Shown in pieces: positions 62,519 to 64,000 of a DNA stretch of 64,000 nt. This DNA is from Podarcis pityusensis (Eukaryota). The notes beneath the pieces were generated by a model. It was not told the origin of the DNA. It worked only from the letters and a program-made list of their open reading frames with translations, and searched no databases. The stretch's first letter is position 1, and every line of letters begins with the position of its first letter. The position numbers and the translations under genes are program-made. The stretch lies in assembly GCA_964106645.2 (NCBI GenBank), contig OZ067045.1; one strand, 5' to 3'.

Positions 62519-62876
62519 AAGGTAAAGGTAAAGGACCCCTGACAGTTAAGTCCAGTCGCAAATGACTCTGGGGTTGCGGTGCTCATCTCGCTTTCAGGCC
62601 GAGGGAGCCAGCGTTTGTCTGCAGACAGTTTTTCCAGGACATGTGGCCAGCATGACTCTGGTGAAACCAGAGCAGCGCACGGAAATGCCGTTTACCTTCC
62701 CGCTGGAGTGGTACGTATTTATCTACTTGCACTTCGGTGTGCTTTCGAACTGCTAGGTGGGCAGGAGCAGGGACTGAGCAACGGGAGCTCACCCCATCGC
62801 AGGGATTTGAACCGCCGACCTTCCAATTGGCAAGTCCTAGGCTCTGTGGTTTACACCACAGCGCCATCTGTGTCCC
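62519..62876 (-). mobile_element. Sauria SINE (older copy)
   Basis: Reverse copy with aaaggtaaagg tail and degenerate head. Confidence 0.88.
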
Positions 62877-63102
62877 TTTATACATGCTTTATACAGTATG
62901 TTAAAAAGGAAGGAACAGACTCATGGACAGCTCTGGAGGGACCTGTTTGGGTAAGACTAGGACTACGTCCACACCAGACATTGAAAACACTATCAAAACA
63001 CTTTTAACAGACATGGCTTCCCCCAAGAATCATAGAATTGCAGAATTGGATGCAGTAGCGTCGTGTGGGGAGGCCAGAGGGGCGGTTGCCCCAGGCACAT
63101 TT

Positions 63103-63777
63103 CATAGAATCATAGAATCATAGAGTTGGAAGAGACCACAAGGGCCATCAAGTCTAACCCCCTGCCAAGCAGGAAACACCATCAGAGCACTCCTGACATA
63201 TGGTTGTCAAGCCTCTGCTTAAAGACCGCCAAAGAAGGAGACTCCACCACACTCCTTGGCAGCAAATTCCACTGTCGAACAGCTCTTACTGTCAGGAAGT
63301 TCTTCCTAATGTTTAGGTGGAATCTTCTTTCTTGTAGTTTGGATCCATTGCTCCGTGTCCGCTTCTCTGGAGCAGCAGAAAACAACCTTTCTCCCTCCTC
63401 TATGTGACATCCTTTTATATATTTGAACATGGCTATCATATCACCCCTTAACCTCCTCTTCTCCAGGCTAAACATGCCCAGCTCCCTTAGCCGTTCCTCA
63501 TAAGGCATCGTTTCCAGGCCTTTGACCATTTTGGTTGCCCTCCTCTGGACACGTTCCAGTTTGTCAGTGTCCTTCTTGAACTGTGGTGCCCAGAACTGGA
63601 CACAGTACTCCAGGTGAGGTCTGACCAGAGCAGAATACAGTGGCACTATTACTTCCCTTGATCTAGATGCTATACTCCTATTGATGCAGTCCAGAACTGC
63701 ATTGGCTTTTTTAGCTGCCGCGTCACACTGTTGGCTCATGTCAAGTTTGTGGTCAACCAAGACTCCTAGACCCTTTT
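63103..63777 (-). mobile_element. CR1 LINE, young 5'-truncated copy
   Basis: Uninterrupted ORF2 C-terminus ([24 protein letters not shown]...); (ATTCTATG)n tail; CACATTT direct repeat at 63096 and 63778. Confidence 0.94.
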
Positions 63778-64000
63778 CACATTTTTGGGGGGGTGGGCGC
63801 ATTTTATTCCTTGCCACCCTGCCAGCCGCATGCTGCAGTGCCGCTGTCTACCCGCAGCCCTTGGCAAGCGCAACAGGCATGCTCCCAAGTAGCGCACTCA
63901 TGCTGCTCTGCCAGCCGTGCCCTGCTTTGCGATGCTGCAGGGCTGTCTGAGGAGGTGCAGCGGAGCCTCGCCTGGCAGGGGGTCGCCGGCGGTGTGGGCT

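Noticed and set aside
63785-64000. GC-rich end as a possible TET3 promoter
   Set aside because: Appears to be the continuation of a repeat split by the CR1 insertion.

Overview
This is eukaryotic genomic DNA from a squamate reptile, most likely a lacertid lizard such as Podarcis. That inference rests on the Sauria/POM-type SINEs and on BovB, CR1, L2 and Penelope repeats. The window holds three intact multi-exon genes on the + strand, in the same order and orientation as human 2p13. STAMBP/AMSH has 9 coding exons at 2102-17698 (410 aa); its non-coding first exon lies upstream of the window. ACTG2 (enteric smooth-muscle gamma-actin) has a CArG promoter and non-coding exon 1 near 28.7 kb and 8 coding exons at 32584-43117 (376 aa); its last intron is GC-AG. 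DGUOK has a CpG-island promoter and 7 exons at 46711-56088. The rest is introns and intergenic DNA dense in transposons, many with readable TSDs and TIRs. The most notable observations are: (1) a template-switch scar that copied DGUOK-promoter flank into a neighbouring inverted SINE; (2) two Penelope-like insertions with inverted pLTRs and hammerhead-ribozyme cores; (3) a DGUOK N-terminus with no ATG-initiated classical mitochondrial presequence but an in-frame ATA/CTG-led presequence-like stretch; (4) a stop-to-Ser C-terminal extension of DGUOK; (5) the GC donor in ACTG2. There are no prokaryotic features, rRNA, true tRNA or CRISPR. Most ORFs in the supplied track are spurious or repeat-derived. 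All comparisons to human genes and repeat families are from recall, not database searches.
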